NCBI GenBank assembly: GCA_007280285.1
Contig: QYQA01000003.1
Coordinates: 1-61,069, forward strand
Reading direction: 5' to 3'
Origin: Methylococcus sp.
GTDB lineage: Bacteria; Pseudomonadota; Gammaproteobacteria; Methylococcales; Methylococcaceae
DNA: 61,069 nucleotides
In this document: positions 32,483 to 42,080 of the stretch, one piece after another
Layout: every line of letters starts with the position of its first letter
How positions within the stretch are numbered: the stretch's first letter is position 1
Made by a program: the position numbers and the translations under genes
Notes under the pieces: model-generated
Database searches by the model: none
Seen by the model: only the letters and a program-made list of their open reading frames with translations
Told to the model about the DNA's origin: nothing

Positions 32483-33925
32483 ATGGCTGAACACATTCTG
32501 TTTCTCACCGGAAAGTTGGCTGAAAAACAGTTGGTTCGGACGCTAGGCGATATGCAGCCTGATTTCACCTGGACGGTCCATGTACTCGGCGTTTCGGTGG
32601 CCGCCTTGATGACCGCTGATATGATCAGGCGCCGGCTAAAGGAGACGTTTGGCGCCGACAGGATCATTATCCCAGGGCGCTGCCGCGGGGATCTTGATGC
32701 CCTTTCCGCTGATCTTGGTCTTAAGGTTGAGCGAGGCCCTGAGGAAATACATGACCTACCGGAATTCTTCGGTAAGCAGCGCCATCCCCTCGATCTTTCC
32801 CGTTACGAACTGCGCATCTTTGCAGAAATTGTTGATGCTCCGCAGTTAAGTGTCGATGCCATCATGGTGAGGGCGGAGCGATACGCGTTGAATGGCGCCA
32901 ATGTGATTGATCTTGGCTGTTTGCCGGAGACACCGTTTCCGCATTTGGTGGAAACGATTGGGGCGCTCAAATTGAGAGGCTTTGAGGTCAGCGTCGACTC
33001 GCTCGATCCACAAGATCTTTTGGCGGGTGGACAAGCGGGGGCTGACTTTCTCCTGAGTCTGACCGAGGAGACTCTTTGGATTATGAATGAGGTGGCGTCG
33101 ACCCCCATCCTCATTCCATCGCCACATGGCGATCTTGAGTCGCTCGATCGGGTCATTGCGCGGCTTGAGGATGGGCGTCGCCCTTTCATCGTGGATCCGA
33201 TTTTGGACCCGATTCATTTTGGTTTCACCGAGTCGATTACCCGCTACCATCGGGTCAGGCGACGTCACCCGAATGTCGAGATCATGATGGGGGTCGGTAA
33301 TCTCACCGAATTAACCCATTGCGACACCGCGGGCATCAACGGTCTGTTGCTGGGCATTTGTTCCGAACTTCATATTCGTCAGATTTTGGCGACCGAAGTC
33401 AGCCGGCATGCGAGGACCGCTATTCGCGAAGCAGACCGCTTGAGGCGGATCATGTTTGCCGCGCGGGAAATGAACCGGCTCCCGAAACAGATTGATGATG
33501 GGCTGATGGCGATTCATGAGCGGCGCCCTTTTCCGTTGGAGCCTTGGGCCATTGAAGAGTTGACGAAGGCCATCAAGGATCCTAGCTATCGAATCTTGGT
33601 GAGTGATGAGGGCGTGCACATCTTTAACAGAAATGGCCAGCATAAGGGCCATGATCCCTTTGGCTTTTTTCCATCTCTTGGCGTTGAAGACGATGGCGGC
33701 CATGCCTTTTATCTCGGTGTGGAATTGGCCCGTGCAGAGATAGCCTTTCAATTAGGGAAGCGTTATACCCAGGATCAACCCCTTCAGTGGGGCGCTATGG
33801 CGGACCCCCTCGTGGCGGGGGAGATCGATCCCCATACCTACAAGGCGGCAGGGACCACCCTGAAGCCATCGTCATGGGCTGACGGCAGGCTCAAGACCCT
33901 TGACGCCAAGGAGGAGAAGACATGA
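32483..33925 (+). CDS. Dihydropteroate-synthase-like pterin-binding protein of H4MPT biosynthesis (Orf1-type)
   Basis: N-terminal domain MAEHILFLTGKLAE..., followed by a pterin-binding barrel (GANVIDLGC...VSVDS...). The alternative start ATG 32453 would coincide with the predicted TSS. Confidence 0.75.
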   Translation: MAEHILFLTGKLAEKQLVRTLGDMQPDFTWTVHVLGVSVAALMTADMIRRRLKETFGADRIIIPGRCRGDLDALSADLGLKVERGPEEIHDLPEFFGKQRHPLDLSRYELRIFAEIVDAPQLSVDAIMVRAERYALNGANVIDLGCLPETPFPHLVETIGALKLRGFEVSVDSLDPQDLLAGGQAGADFLLSLTEETLWIMNEVASTPILIPSPHGDLESLDRVIARLEDGRRPFIVDPILDPIHFGFTESITRYHRVRRRHPNVEIMMGVGNLTELTHCDTAGINGLLLGICSELHIRQILATEVSRHARTAIREADRLRRIMFAAREMNRLPKQIDDGLMAIHERRPFPLEPWAIEELTKAIKDPSYRILVSDEGVHIFNRNGQHKGHDPFGFFPSLGVEDDGGHAFYLGVELARAEIAFQLGKRYTQDQPLQWGAMADPLVAGEIDPHTYKAAGTTLKPSSWADGRLKTLDAKEEKT

Positions 33926-34479
33926 TTCGTGAAGTGATTGTCTCAACGATGTCACTCGAAGGCTGCATCCATTTGGCTCCGATGGGCATCCATGTCTTGG
34001 AGGAAGGGATGCTCTTGATGCCTTTTAGGCCCTCCACCACGCTGGAGAATGTGCTCGCTACCGGTGTGGCGGTCATGAATGCAACGGACGATGTGCGGGT
34101 TTTTTCTGGATGCCTCACCGGTCGGCGGGATTGGCCTTGTGTGCCTTCGGACCGGGTAGTTGGTTGTCGCCTTGAGAGCGCCCTCTCTCATACGGAGTTG
34201 AAGCTCCAGCGGGTAGAGGAGGACCCTCTTCGCCCTAAACTTTATTGTACGGTCGCTCATGAAGCGCAGCATCGCCCCTTCAAGGGGTTTAATCGGGCAC
34301 AATTCGCCGTGATCGAAGCCGCCATTTTGGTCAGCCGGCTTGATCGATTGCCCCTTGAAAAAATCCAGCGCGAACTAGACACCCTCGCGATTGCACTTGA
34401 GAAAACAGCAGGCCCCCTGGAGCATGAAGCCTGGTCCTGGCTCATGGATAAGGTCCGTCTTTTTATGGGAGAGGAGTAA
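33922..34479 (+). CDS. DUF447 family protein (H4MPT cluster Orf9-type; flavin-reductase-like fold)
   Basis: 185 aa: VSTMSLEG..HLAPMG...ATDDV. ATGA overlap with the upstream gene. Confidence 0.7.
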   Translation: MIREVIVSTMSLEGCIHLAPMGIHVLEEGMLLMPFRPSTTLENVLATGVAVMNATDDVRVFSGCLTGRRDWPCVPSDRVVGCRLESALSHTELKLQRVEEDPLRPKLYCTVAHEAQHRPFKGFNRAQFAVIEAAILVSRLDRLPLEKIQRELDTLAIALEKTAGPLEHEAWSWLMDKVRLFMGEE

Positions 34480-35166
34480 ATGGTCCGGTTACTCGCCAGT
34501 GTGGCTCATCTTGAAGAAGCCGAGGCGGTGGTCGGTCTTGGCGTTGATATTCTAGATCTTAAGAACCCCAACGAGGGGGCGCTCGGTGCCTGGTCGTTTG
34601 ATGACGTAAGAATCGCCGTGGATGCCCTCAAGGGGCAGGTGTTGAGTGCCACCATCGGGGATCTTCCCATGCGCCCGGATCTGATTGTGAGTGCCGTGAG
34701 GGCGATGGCTTTATGCCGCGTTCACTACGTCAAGCTAGGGTTTTTTCAAGGGGATCCCTGGGGCCCGGTTCTCGCCGCTGTGAAGCAGCTTGATCTTTAC
34801 GAAGTTCACTTGGTGGCGGTTCTCTTGGCTGATCATCCCCTCGATCTTGCCGTGATCAGGACGCTCAGAGAATCTGGCTTTTCGGGGGTGATGCTGGATA
34901 CGGCAGATAAATCCAAGGGTTCGCTAAGACACGGTCGTTCCGATGACTTTATTGGTGCCTTCGTCGAGGAGGCCCATGCCCACTCGCTTCTTTGCGGTCT
35001 CGCCGGCTCCCTGACCTTAGCGGATATCGAGCCCCTTTCAAGGCTTGGCCCCGATTATCTTGGGTTCCGCGGCGCGCTTTGTGATGGGGGCCGGACCCAA
35101 CGCCTTAATCCCTCGCGGCTGATGACGCTCAAAGCAGAAATGGAACGGTTGACCGATGCGCTTTAA
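34480..35166 (+). CDS. mfnB: (5-formylfuran-3-yl)methyl phosphate synthase MfnB-like (OrfY/DUF556)
   Basis: MVRLLASVAHLEEAEAVVGLGVDILDLKNP.EGALGA... is a typical MfnB N-terminus. It starts at the base after the upstream stop codon. Confidence 0.8.
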   Translation: MVRLLASVAHLEEAEAVVGLGVDILDLKNPNEGALGAWSFDDVRIAVDALKGQVLSATIGDLPMRPDLIVSAVRAMALCRVHYVKLGFFQGDPWGPVLAAVKQLDLYEVHLVAVLLADHPLDLAVIRTLRESGFSGVMLDTADKSKGSLRHGRSDDFIGAFVEEAHAHSLLCGLAGSLTLADIEPLSRLGPDYLGFRGALCDGGRTQRLNPSRLMTLKAEMERLTDAL

Positions 35167-35186
35167 TTTCTGAGGCCCTATCTATC

Positions 35187-36197
35187 ATGTTGTATTCCCT
35201 CTTAAGACCCCTTCTGTTCAAGCTGGATCCAGAACGAGCGCACGATCTGACCTTGGCCTCACTCGCTCAGTTCGCACGGCTTCAAGAGTTCAATCCCTTG
35301 CGTCAGTCCAATGGTGGATCCTCGCGTGAAGTGATGGGCCTTTCATTTCCTAATCCCGTGGGCCTTGCCGCAGGACTTGATAAGAACGGAGCGTGTCTTG
35401 ATGGCCTCGGTGCGCTCGGATTTGGATTTCTTGAAATAGGTACGGTGACGCCAAAGGCTCAGCCAGGGAATCCCAAGCCACGTCTTTTCAGGCTTCCAGA
35501 GGCCGAAGCGATCATTAACCGCATGGGCTTCAACAACGAGGGCGTGGATCAATTGCTGCGCCATGTCGCCCATTCATCCTATCGGGGAATCCTCGGAATC
35601 AATCTTGGAAAAAACAAGGATACTCCGATCGAGGAGGCGCTCAGCGATTATGCGATAGGACTCCAGAAGGTCTATCCTCAGGCATCCTATGTCACTATCA
35701 ATATTTCATCGCCCAATACGCCGGGTCTTAGGGCCTTGCAGTCGGCAGGATATCTGGGTGATTTGCTGAAAGGGTTAATGATGCGTCGAAATGAACTGGC
35801 CATGATCTACCAGAAGAAGGTTCCCATGGTCCTTAAGATTGCCCCAGATCTTGAGCCTTCGGAACTTGAGATGATCGCCGATAGTTTGTTGCGCTATGAG
35901 GTGGATGGGGTCATCGCAACCAATACGACCTTAGCGCGGGAGGGCGTCGCTCAGCTTATGAATGGCCAGGAGGCGGGTGGCTTAAGTGGGGCCCCGGCCC
36001 GGGCGCGATCGACTGCCGTGGTGGAGCGTTTAGCCCGGCTCCTCAATGGACGGATCCCTATCATCGCGTGTGGGGGGATTATGGGTCTTGATGATGCTCG
36101 GCAGAAAATGGATGCGGGCGCGTCTTTGGTCCAAATCTATACCGGCCTGATTTATCGGGGCCCGGGTTTGGTCACAGCGCTCAGGAGGGGCCTGTGA
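35187..36197 (+). CDS. pyrD: Dihydroorotate dehydrogenase (quinone), class 2
   Basis: [39 protein letters not shown] and [12 protein letters not shown]. Confidence 0.95.
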   Translation: MLYSLLRPLLFKLDPERAHDLTLASLAQFARLQEFNPLRQSNGGSSREVMGLSFPNPVGLAAGLDKNGACLDGLGALGFGFLEIGTVTPKAQPGNPKPRLFRLPEAEAIINRMGFNNEGVDQLLRHVAHSSYRGILGINLGKNKDTPIEEALSDYAIGLQKVYPQASYVTINISSPNTPGLRALQSAGYLGDLLKGLMMRRNELAMIYQKKVPMVLKIAPDLEPSELEMIADSLLRYEVDGVIATNTTLAREGVAQLMNGQEAGGLSGAPARARSTAVVERLARLLNGRIPIIACGGIMGLDDARQKMDAGASLVQIYTGLIYRGPGLVTALRRGL

Positions 36198-36240
36198 CCA
36201 TCAACGCCCCGCCTTCCTCAACCACCAAAGCGATCTTCCG

Positions 36241-36744
36241 ATGTCAGAATTGACCCATTTCAATGCGGCTGGTGAGGCCCATATGGTCGATGTTGGGGGC
36301 AAGGGAGCCACCGAGCGCGCGGCCGTGGCTGAGGGCATCATCACGATGAAGCCTGAAACACTCGCGTTGATCTTGTCCGGCGGTCACCGAAAAGGCGACG
36401 TCTTGGGGATAGCCCGCATCGCTGGGATCATGGCCAGTAAAAGAACCGCCGATCTCGTTCCACTGTGTCATCCCATAGCCCTGACGCATGTCGGCCTTGA
36501 GTTTGAGCCCTTAACCTCCGGCCGCGGCATTCGCTGTGTCGCTACGGCCATGACGCTTGGACCGACGGGCGTTGAGATGGAGGCGCTGACGGTCGTTCAG
36601 GTTGCGCTCTTGACGATCTATGATATGTGTAAGGCGGTGGATCGTGGAATGGTCATGGAAGGGATTGGCTTACTGAAGAAATCCGGCGGCAAGTCGGGAG
36701 AATGGCGGCGAGAGGATCATCAAGAATCCGTTTCCGGCCTTTAA
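36241..36744 (+). CDS. moaC: Cyclic pyranopterin monophosphate synthase MoaC
   Basis: [21 protein letters not shown]...[22 protein letters not shown]. Confidence 0.94.
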   Translation: MSELTHFNAAGEAHMVDVGGKGATERAAVAEGIITMKPETLALILSGGHRKGDVLGIARIAGIMASKRTADLVPLCHPIALTHVGLEFEPLTSGRGIRCVATAMTLGPTGVEMEALTVVQVALLTIYDMCKAVDRGMVMEGIGLLKKSGGKSGEWRREDHQESVSGL

Positions 36745-36745
36745 C

Positions 36746-37234
36746 TTAAGCGCCGGGTCTTTTATCTAGCGTCAAAAAGCTGTAGCTGAAATCCACCAAA
36801 GGATCATCGGTGATCTTTTCTTCCTGTGAGACTTCCCACGCATTCCAGTCAAAGGCTGGAAATAAGGTATCTCCCTCAAAGGACCGATGAATCAGCGTCA
36901 GGTAAAGCCGCTGCGCTGTTGATAAGAAGGCATCATAGAGCGCGGAACCCCCAATGATCATGAGTTCGTCGGCGCCTCTTGCCGCCTCAAGGGACGCCTC
37001 AATGGAATGCGCGATGACGCAGCCCTCGGCATGAAATGAGCGATCGTGCGTCAACACGATGTTGGTTCGCCCAGGCAGCGCCCGGCCAATCGATGCGTGG
37101 GTGCGCCTTCCCATCAACATCGGCTTCCCCATGGTGATCTCTCTGAATCGTTTGAGATCCGCCGATAAATGCCATGGCATCTGATGGTTGATGCCGATCA
37201 CATGATTTTGAGCCATCGCCACAATCATGCTCAT
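36746..37234 (-). CDS. folA: Dihydrofolate reductase (FolA-type)
   Basis: MSMIVAMAQNHVIGINHQMPWHLSADLKRFREITMGKPMLMGRRTHASIGRALPGRTNIVL...IGGSALY...LYLTLI...EGDTLFP aligns by eye with E. coli FolA. Other in-frame ATGs extend up to 37246. Confidence 0.88.
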   Translation of the reverse strand: MSMIVAMAQNHVIGINHQMPWHLSADLKRFREITMGKPMLMGRRTHASIGRALPGRTNIVLTHDRSFHAEGCVIAHSIEASLEAARGADELMIIGGSALYDAFLSTAQRLYLTLIHRSFEGDTLFPAFDWNAWEVSQEEKITDDPLVDFSYSFLTLDKRPGA

Positions 37235-37245
37235 TCGCATGGCCA

Positions 37246-38409
37246 TCAGTTCCTGCTAAAGATCGAATAGTCCGCTGCGGCTTCTTCCCCCTGCGCTTCC
37301 TTAAGGCTTGGGTAATCGACATACCCCTGGTAGCCTCCGCCATAATAAGTCGACGGGTCCGAGGGATTCAGGGGCGCACCTTGTTTGAATCGTTCTGGGA
37401 GGTCCGGGTTACTGATGAAGTCTCGGCCAAATGCCACGAGATCGGCTTGGCCCTCTTGGAGGGTTTTTTGCGCGCGCGCTCGTGTATAGCCGCCACAGAC
37501 GATGAGGGTTCCCTTAAAGTTCTTGCGGATGATTTGCATCAGCTTCTCTCCCTCTGGGTTTTTTTCCTCCACGGTCGCGTGCCCGCCAAAGGTAGGGTCG
37601 ACGACATGGACGTAGGCCAGTTCCTTCTCATTGAGCTGTTGCGTTAGATAGTCGAATAAGGCTTCAGGGTTTTCATCCCCCATGTCATTAAAGGTTCCTA
37701 GGGGAGAAAGCCGAATGCCGACCCGATTTCCACCGAAGACGCGTGTCAGTGCATCAATCACCGACAGGACTAATCGGGCTCGATTCTCGACGGATCCCCC
37801 ATAGGCATCGCTTCGCTGGTTGGTGGTGGAGTTTAAGAATTGATCTAAGAGATAGCCATTGGCGGCGTGAATTTCGACGCCATCCATCCCGGCGGCGAGA
37901 GCGTTCTTGGCGCCTTGAACGAACTGTTGGACGATGCCATCGATCTCGTGGGTCTCCAGCGCGCGCGGCGTCACAAACGGCAGGAACTCTGGTTCCCCTT
38001 GGGCATTGGTTACAAATGCCTGACCGCTTGGCGCAATGGCCGAGGGAGCCACCGGCAACCCTTGCTTCGGCTGCAGCCTTGGGTGTGAGATTCTGCCAAC
38101 GTGCCAGAGCTGCATAAACATAAGCCCCCCGGCATCATGAACCGCCTCGGTCACCAGGCGCCAGCCTTCGATTTGCTCGCTGGTATAGATGCCTGGGGTA
38201 AAGGCGTAGCCCTGCCCTTGCTGTGAAACCTGGGTCGCCTCTGAAATAATGAAGCCAGCACTGGCGCGCTGTGCGTAATAGAAGGCGTTTAGCCGCCAGG
38301 GGATATTTCCGGGTTGCTGGCTACGAGACCGCGTCAAGGGGGCCATGATGATTCGATTCTTCAGCGTATAAGGCCCTAGGGCATACCGGGTAAAGAGGTC
38401 TTGTTTCAT
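37246..38409 (-). CDS. Old Yellow Enzyme family NADH:flavin oxidoreductase (alkene / N-ethylmaleimide reductase-like)
   Basis: MAPLTR.R, HVGR, GVEIHAANGYLLDQFL and AFGR motifs. The stop overlaps the folA ORF. Confidence 0.9.
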   Translation of the reverse strand: MKQDLFTRYALGPYTLKNRIIMAPLTRSRSQQPGNIPWRLNAFYYAQRASAGFIISEATQVSQQGQGYAFTPGIYTSEQIEGWRLVTEAVHDAGGLMFMQLWHVGRISHPRLQPKQGLPVAPSAIAPSGQAFVTNAQGEPEFLPFVTPRALETHEIDGIVQQFVQGAKNALAAGMDGVEIHAANGYLLDQFLNSTTNQRSDAYGGSVENRARLVLSVIDALTRVFGGNRVGIRLSPLGTFNDMGDENPEALFDYLTQQLNEKELAYVHVVDPTFGGHATVEEKNPEGEKLMQIIRKNFKGTLIVCGGYTRARAQKTLQEGQADLVAFGRDFISNPDLPERFKQGAPLNPSDPSTYYGGGYQGYVDYPSLKEAQGEEAAADYSIFSRN

Positions 38410-38443
38410 GGGGTGTTGGTCTCTCTTTTTTTTGGGGTTTGTC

Positions 38444-38977
38444 TCACCAGATCAAGTCGTCTGGGACTTCGTAGTGAGCATATGGATCTTCCCGGCGATC
38501 GTCATCGCTCTTCTCCTGATGGTTGAGCACCAGGATAAACCGTTTGTCGCGCGCGGCTATTTTCTCGCCTGTTTCACGTGGAACAATTTCGTACTGACGA
38601 TCCAGTTTCACGAGGGCAATCTGACCTTGAATGAGCTGATCGCGCTGGGCTTTTGGAAGGTGGAGCGTCTTTACGGTTCCGTTATCGGTGAAATGAAACG
38701 GCATCTCGCCTTCGGTTCTTGGTAGTTTGCGGGTTTCGATCAATTGGCGAACCTGGGCGGCGAGCGCTCGTTTTTCGAGCTCCGCAAGACGTTGTTGGTT
38801 AAGCGCACGATCGCGAGCCGTCTTTTCGGCCCCCGCCTGTCCTTCAGGACCCGATGGCTTGACGGCGGGCTTATGGCTGGTCGCTTTGACCTGTTTGATC
38901 TTTTCTTTTTCGGTCTTCTTGATCTGTTTCTGATTGACCAGGCCGGCCTTTAGGAGTTGGTCACGCAATCCGGACAT
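38444..38977 (-). CDS. DUF2058 family protein (YaiL-like)
   Basis: MSGLRDQLLKAGLVNQKQIKK... followed by a Lys/Glu-rich region. The track ORF extends to 39046. Confidence 0.7.
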   Translation of the reverse strand: MSGLRDQLLKAGLVNQKQIKKTEKEKIKQVKATSHKPAVKPSGPEGQAGAEKTARDRALNQQRLAELEKRALAAQVRQLIETRKLPRTEGEMPFHFTDNGTVKTLHLPKAQRDQLIQGQIALVKLDRQYEIVPRETGEKIAARDKRFILVLNHQEKSDDDRREDPYAHYEVPDDLIW

Positions 38978-39200
38978 AAAAAGGGTCTCAAGGTAAAGGA
39001 GAGGAGGGAAGGTTGATCGTGTCAAGATGGGCCATGTCTTAGCCATCGACCATGAGCTCCTGTGGGGAGATCTTCTAAAGGACGGTGATCGGCAGCTTGC
39101 TGGGTCTGGAATGACATCGAAGTTTGGTAATATGAGGAAGGGCTTTTAGCCCTTTGTTGGCCCCATTCTACCGTTCCCCGAAAGCAAGAGCGCATCCTTC

Positions 39201-40001
39201 ATGATCACAAATCCTCATATTGACCCGGTGGCCTTCAGTTTGGGTCCTCTCAAGGTTCATTGGTATGGTCTCATGTATATCGTGGGCATTGGGGCTGCCT
39301 GGTGGATGGCGCGGCTGAGGACCAAGGCCCCCGGGTTTCCATGGACCTCCGCCCAGATTGAAGATCTCATATTTTTTTCCGCAGTCGGCCTGATGCTGGG
39401 GGGACGCCTTGGGTATATTTTCTTCTACAACTTTTCTGCCTTTATGGCCGACCCGAGCGTTCTGGTTCGGGTTTGGGAGGGCGGTATGTCCTTTCATGGC
39501 GGCATGCTGGGGGCTTTTGCCGGGATGTGGTTGTTTGGTCGAAAAGTGGGAGCACGTTTTTCTGACGTGACCGACTTTATAGCGCCTTATGTGCCAATAG
39601 GGCTCTTCACCGGTCGTATTGGAAATTTCATCAACGGTGAGTTGTGGGGGAAACCGACGGACCTTCCCTGGGCGATGGTCTTTCCATCGGGAGGGGATAT
39701 CCCCCGGCACCCCTCCCAGCTTTATGAGGCCCTTCTAGAAGGGATCGTTCTCTTTATTCTGCTGAATCTCTTCCGCCGGATGAATCCACCCAGAACCGCC
39801 ATGAGCGGTCTCTTTCTTATACTGTATGGGGTCTTTCGGTTCGTGGTGGAGTTCGTCCGGTTGCCGGATGCCCAATTGGGTTATCTCGCCTTTGGATGGC
39901 TCACCATGGGCATGGTGTTGTCCTTGCCGATGATCATCGCCGGGCTCTTTATCCTCATCAGGGCGTATTGGGTTCGTCCGATCGTGGTCAAGGCATGGTG
40001 A
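39201..40001 (+). CDS. lgt: Prolipoprotein diacylglyceryl transferase
   Basis: [39 protein letters not shown] and HPSQLYE. Confidence 0.95.
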   Translation: MITNPHIDPVAFSLGPLKVHWYGLMYIVGIGAAWWMARLRTKAPGFPWTSAQIEDLIFFSAVGLMLGGRLGYIFFYNFSAFMADPSVLVRVWEGGMSFHGGMLGAFAGMWLFGRKVGARFSDVTDFIAPYVPIGLFTGRIGNFINGELWGKPTDLPWAMVFPSGGDIPRHPSQLYEALLEGIVLFILLNLFRRMNPPRTAMSGLFLILYGVFRFVVEFVRLPDAQLGYLAFGWLTMGMVLSLPMIIAGLFILIRAYWVRPIVVKAW

Positions 40002-40897
40002 TGCGTGATCATCCAGAAACCCAGTACCTCAAGCTTTTAGAGCGATTGCTGCAAGAAGGCGATGTCCGAATCGATCGAACAGGGGTTGGCACCAGGGCCC
40101 TTTTCGGGCAGACGCTTCGGTTTGATCTTAGTCAGGGTTTCCCGGTCTTCACCACTAAAAAAATTTTTTGGAAAACAGCCTTCAAGGAAATGCTGTGGAT
40201 GCTCTCTGGCGGGAGGAACATCAAGGAGCTCTTAGAGCAGAACGTTCGAATCTGGACCGATTGGCCACTGAAACATTATAGGGAGGCGGCCGGTGACCCG
40301 ATCACCCAGGAGGCCTTCGAACAACGCATCATCAATGAGCCTTTATTTGCTGAACAATGGGGCGACCTTGGCCCCGTTTATGGGTCGCAGTGGCGACGCT
40401 GGGCGACGGCCGATGGGCGAGAGATCGACCAACTCAGTGCCTTGGTTGAGGGCCTCAAAGAGAGTCCGCAATCGAGAAGGCTACTCTTTGAGGGATGGAA
40501 TGTCGGCGAGCTGGATCAGATGGCGCTGCCCCCGTGCCATAAGACCTATCAGTTCTTTGTGGGCAGTGATGGCCGCTTGTCTTCGGCCTTAATGCAACGT
40601 TCGGCGGATGCCTTTCTTGGCCTCGGCTGGAATATCGCGAACCTTGGCTTGATCACCCACCTTCTGGCACAGCAATGCGGTTATGAGCCTGGGGAGATCG
40701 TCTGGTTTGGGGGTGACGTCCACCTTTATCTCAATCACGTCGAACAGGCGATCACGCAGATCGACAGGGAGCCAAGACCCTTCCCTCGTCTCAGAATTCT
40801 TAAGAAACCCAAGGATCTCTTCAGTTATCGCATTGAGGATTTCGAACTACAAGACTACGACCCGCATCCCCACATCGCTGCGGAAGTGGCGGTTTGA
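39995..40897 (+). CDS. thyA: Thymidylate synthase ThyA (variant with a small-domain insertion)
   Basis: [32 protein letters not shown], catalytic LPPCH, and C-terminal EVAV. The start ATGGTGATG overlaps the lgt stop. Confidence 0.93.
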   Translation: MVMRDHPETQYLKLLERLLQEGDVRIDRTGVGTRALFGQTLRFDLSQGFPVFTTKKIFWKTAFKEMLWMLSGGRNIKELLEQNVRIWTDWPLKHYREAAGDPITQEAFEQRIINEPLFAEQWGDLGPVYGSQWRRWATADGREIDQLSALVEGLKESPQSRRLLFEGWNVGELDQMALPPCHKTYQFFVGSDGRLSSALMQRSADAFLGLGWNIANLGLITHLLAQQCGYEPGEIVWFGGDVHLYLNHVEQAITQIDREPRPFPRLRILKKPKDLFSYRIEDFELQDYDPHPHIAAEVAV

Positions 40898-40939
40898 TGG
40901 TTCGATGAGTCTGTCGCGTGATGAATCGCCCGACCTTTT

Positions 40940-40975
40940 TGGGCCATCGCTGCGCGGTTGCCGGCCCATATTTTT
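40940..40975 (+). terminator. Possible intrinsic terminator after thyA
   Basis: TGGGCC...(17-nt loop)...GGCCCA followed by TATTTTTG. The large loop keeps confidence low. Confidence 0.35.
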
Positions 40976-41128
40976 GAGCCGATATTGGCAGGCGTTCAGG
41001 ATAAACCTTGGCGGTTTTCGATGGAGGGAGCTCATAGGGTACCTCAGGTAAGGGCCTCAGAGCGGGAAGATCGATGGCTTGGAACAGGGAGAGTCTCTAC
41101 TTAAAGGCTCTCTTGAGAGAGCACGTGG

Positions 41129-42070
41129 TTAGTTGAGACTTATCGATTCATTGGCGATGTTTGGATGTCGATGATGAGAGAGTCCACGCATCCAGTAAAG
41201 AAACATCAACCCTAACGCAGTCAAGAAACCCTTCAAGAAATCGCGATGCTGTATCCAAAGATCACTGAAAGCATCTTGGGTATGGCTTTGGAGCTCTTTT
41301 TGAATGAGCGTGCCGGCGATCGCAAGGGCCATCAGCGCAAACAGGCGCCGAAGAATCGTCTGCTTTGCGTGTTGCGCAAATGCTTGGCCCACCAGCGCGC
41401 CGATGATGGCAAGACCGGTCATTATTGCGGTGAGGCCGGCCTCAACAGGAACCTCCCCTGACATCCCGAAGAAGGCGGCCACGCAGTTCATGCTGATGAC
41501 CAGAAGAGACGTTCCAATCGCCGATCGGATGGGAAGCTTCCCTAGAAGATGAAGCGCAGGAACGATGACAAAGCCTCCGCCAACCCCAATTAAGCCGGTC
41601 ATGGTGCCTACCAGAAAGCCATCAAAAAGGACCTCAGGTAGATTCAGGCGGGTGGGACATGCCGGCTGATCATCACGCCGGATATCGGTCGGCCGCTGCC
41701 GCGGGGAGACCAACATACTGAGGGATGTCCAGATCATCATGATGGCCAACAACAAGAGCAGTAGATCTGAAGGCAGCTCCCTCGCGAGATGTCCTCCACC
41801 ATAAGCGCCGATCATTCCCGAAGCGCCAAAAACAGCACCGTTTTTCCAGCAAACAGTCTTCTGTCTCGCATGACCGATTAAGGCCACAAGGCTGGTGATA
41901 CCCACCACGATCAGAGCACTCAGGATGGCCTGCTGAACGCTCCAGCCGGCCAGAAAGACCAGGGTCGGAACCAAGAGGATGGATCCGCCGCCGCCTAGAA
42001 GCCCAAGGAGGAGTCCGATCAATACGATCAACAGTCCGAGTGGGTAAAGTGGGAGGAGGGCCAGATCCAT
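41129..42070 (-). CDS. TauE/SafE family sulfite-type anion exporter with a C-terminal extension
   Basis: Start at MDLALLPLYPLGLLIV. Multiple TM segments with G-rich motifs (LLGGGGSILLVP, GLIGVGGGFVIVP). Confidence 0.8.
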   Translation of the reverse strand: MDLALLPLYPLGLLIVLIGLLLGLLGGGGSILLVPTLVFLAGWSVQQAILSALIVVGITSLVALIGHARQKTVCWKNGAVFGASGMIGAYGGGHLARELPSDLLLLLLAIMMIWTSLSMLVSPRQRPTDIRRDDQPACPTRLNLPEVLFDGFLVGTMTGLIGVGGGFVIVPALHLLGKLPIRSAIGTSLLVISMNCVAAFFGMSGEVPVEAGLTAIMTGLAIIGALVGQAFAQHAKQTILRRLFALMALAIAGTLIQKELQSHTQDAFSDLWIQHRDFLKGFLTALGLMFLYWMRGLSHHRHPNIANESISLN

Positions 42071-42080
42071 GGTGGGTGTC

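Noticed and set aside
38408-38725. A hydrophobic 105-aa plus-strand ORF that looks like a membrane protein.
   Set aside because: It is codon-aligned antisense to the Lys/Glu-rich DUF2058 gene. Antisense of AAG/GAA-rich sequence yields Phe/Leu-rich pseudo-TM segments.
40898-41128. Small ORFs (46 aa on the plus strand, 62 aa on the minus strand) and hairpins in the 230-bp thyA/TauE convergent spacer.
   Set aside because: They have no SD, and their sequences are Arg-rich and implausible. The region is better explained by terminator-like hairpins for the two convergent genes.
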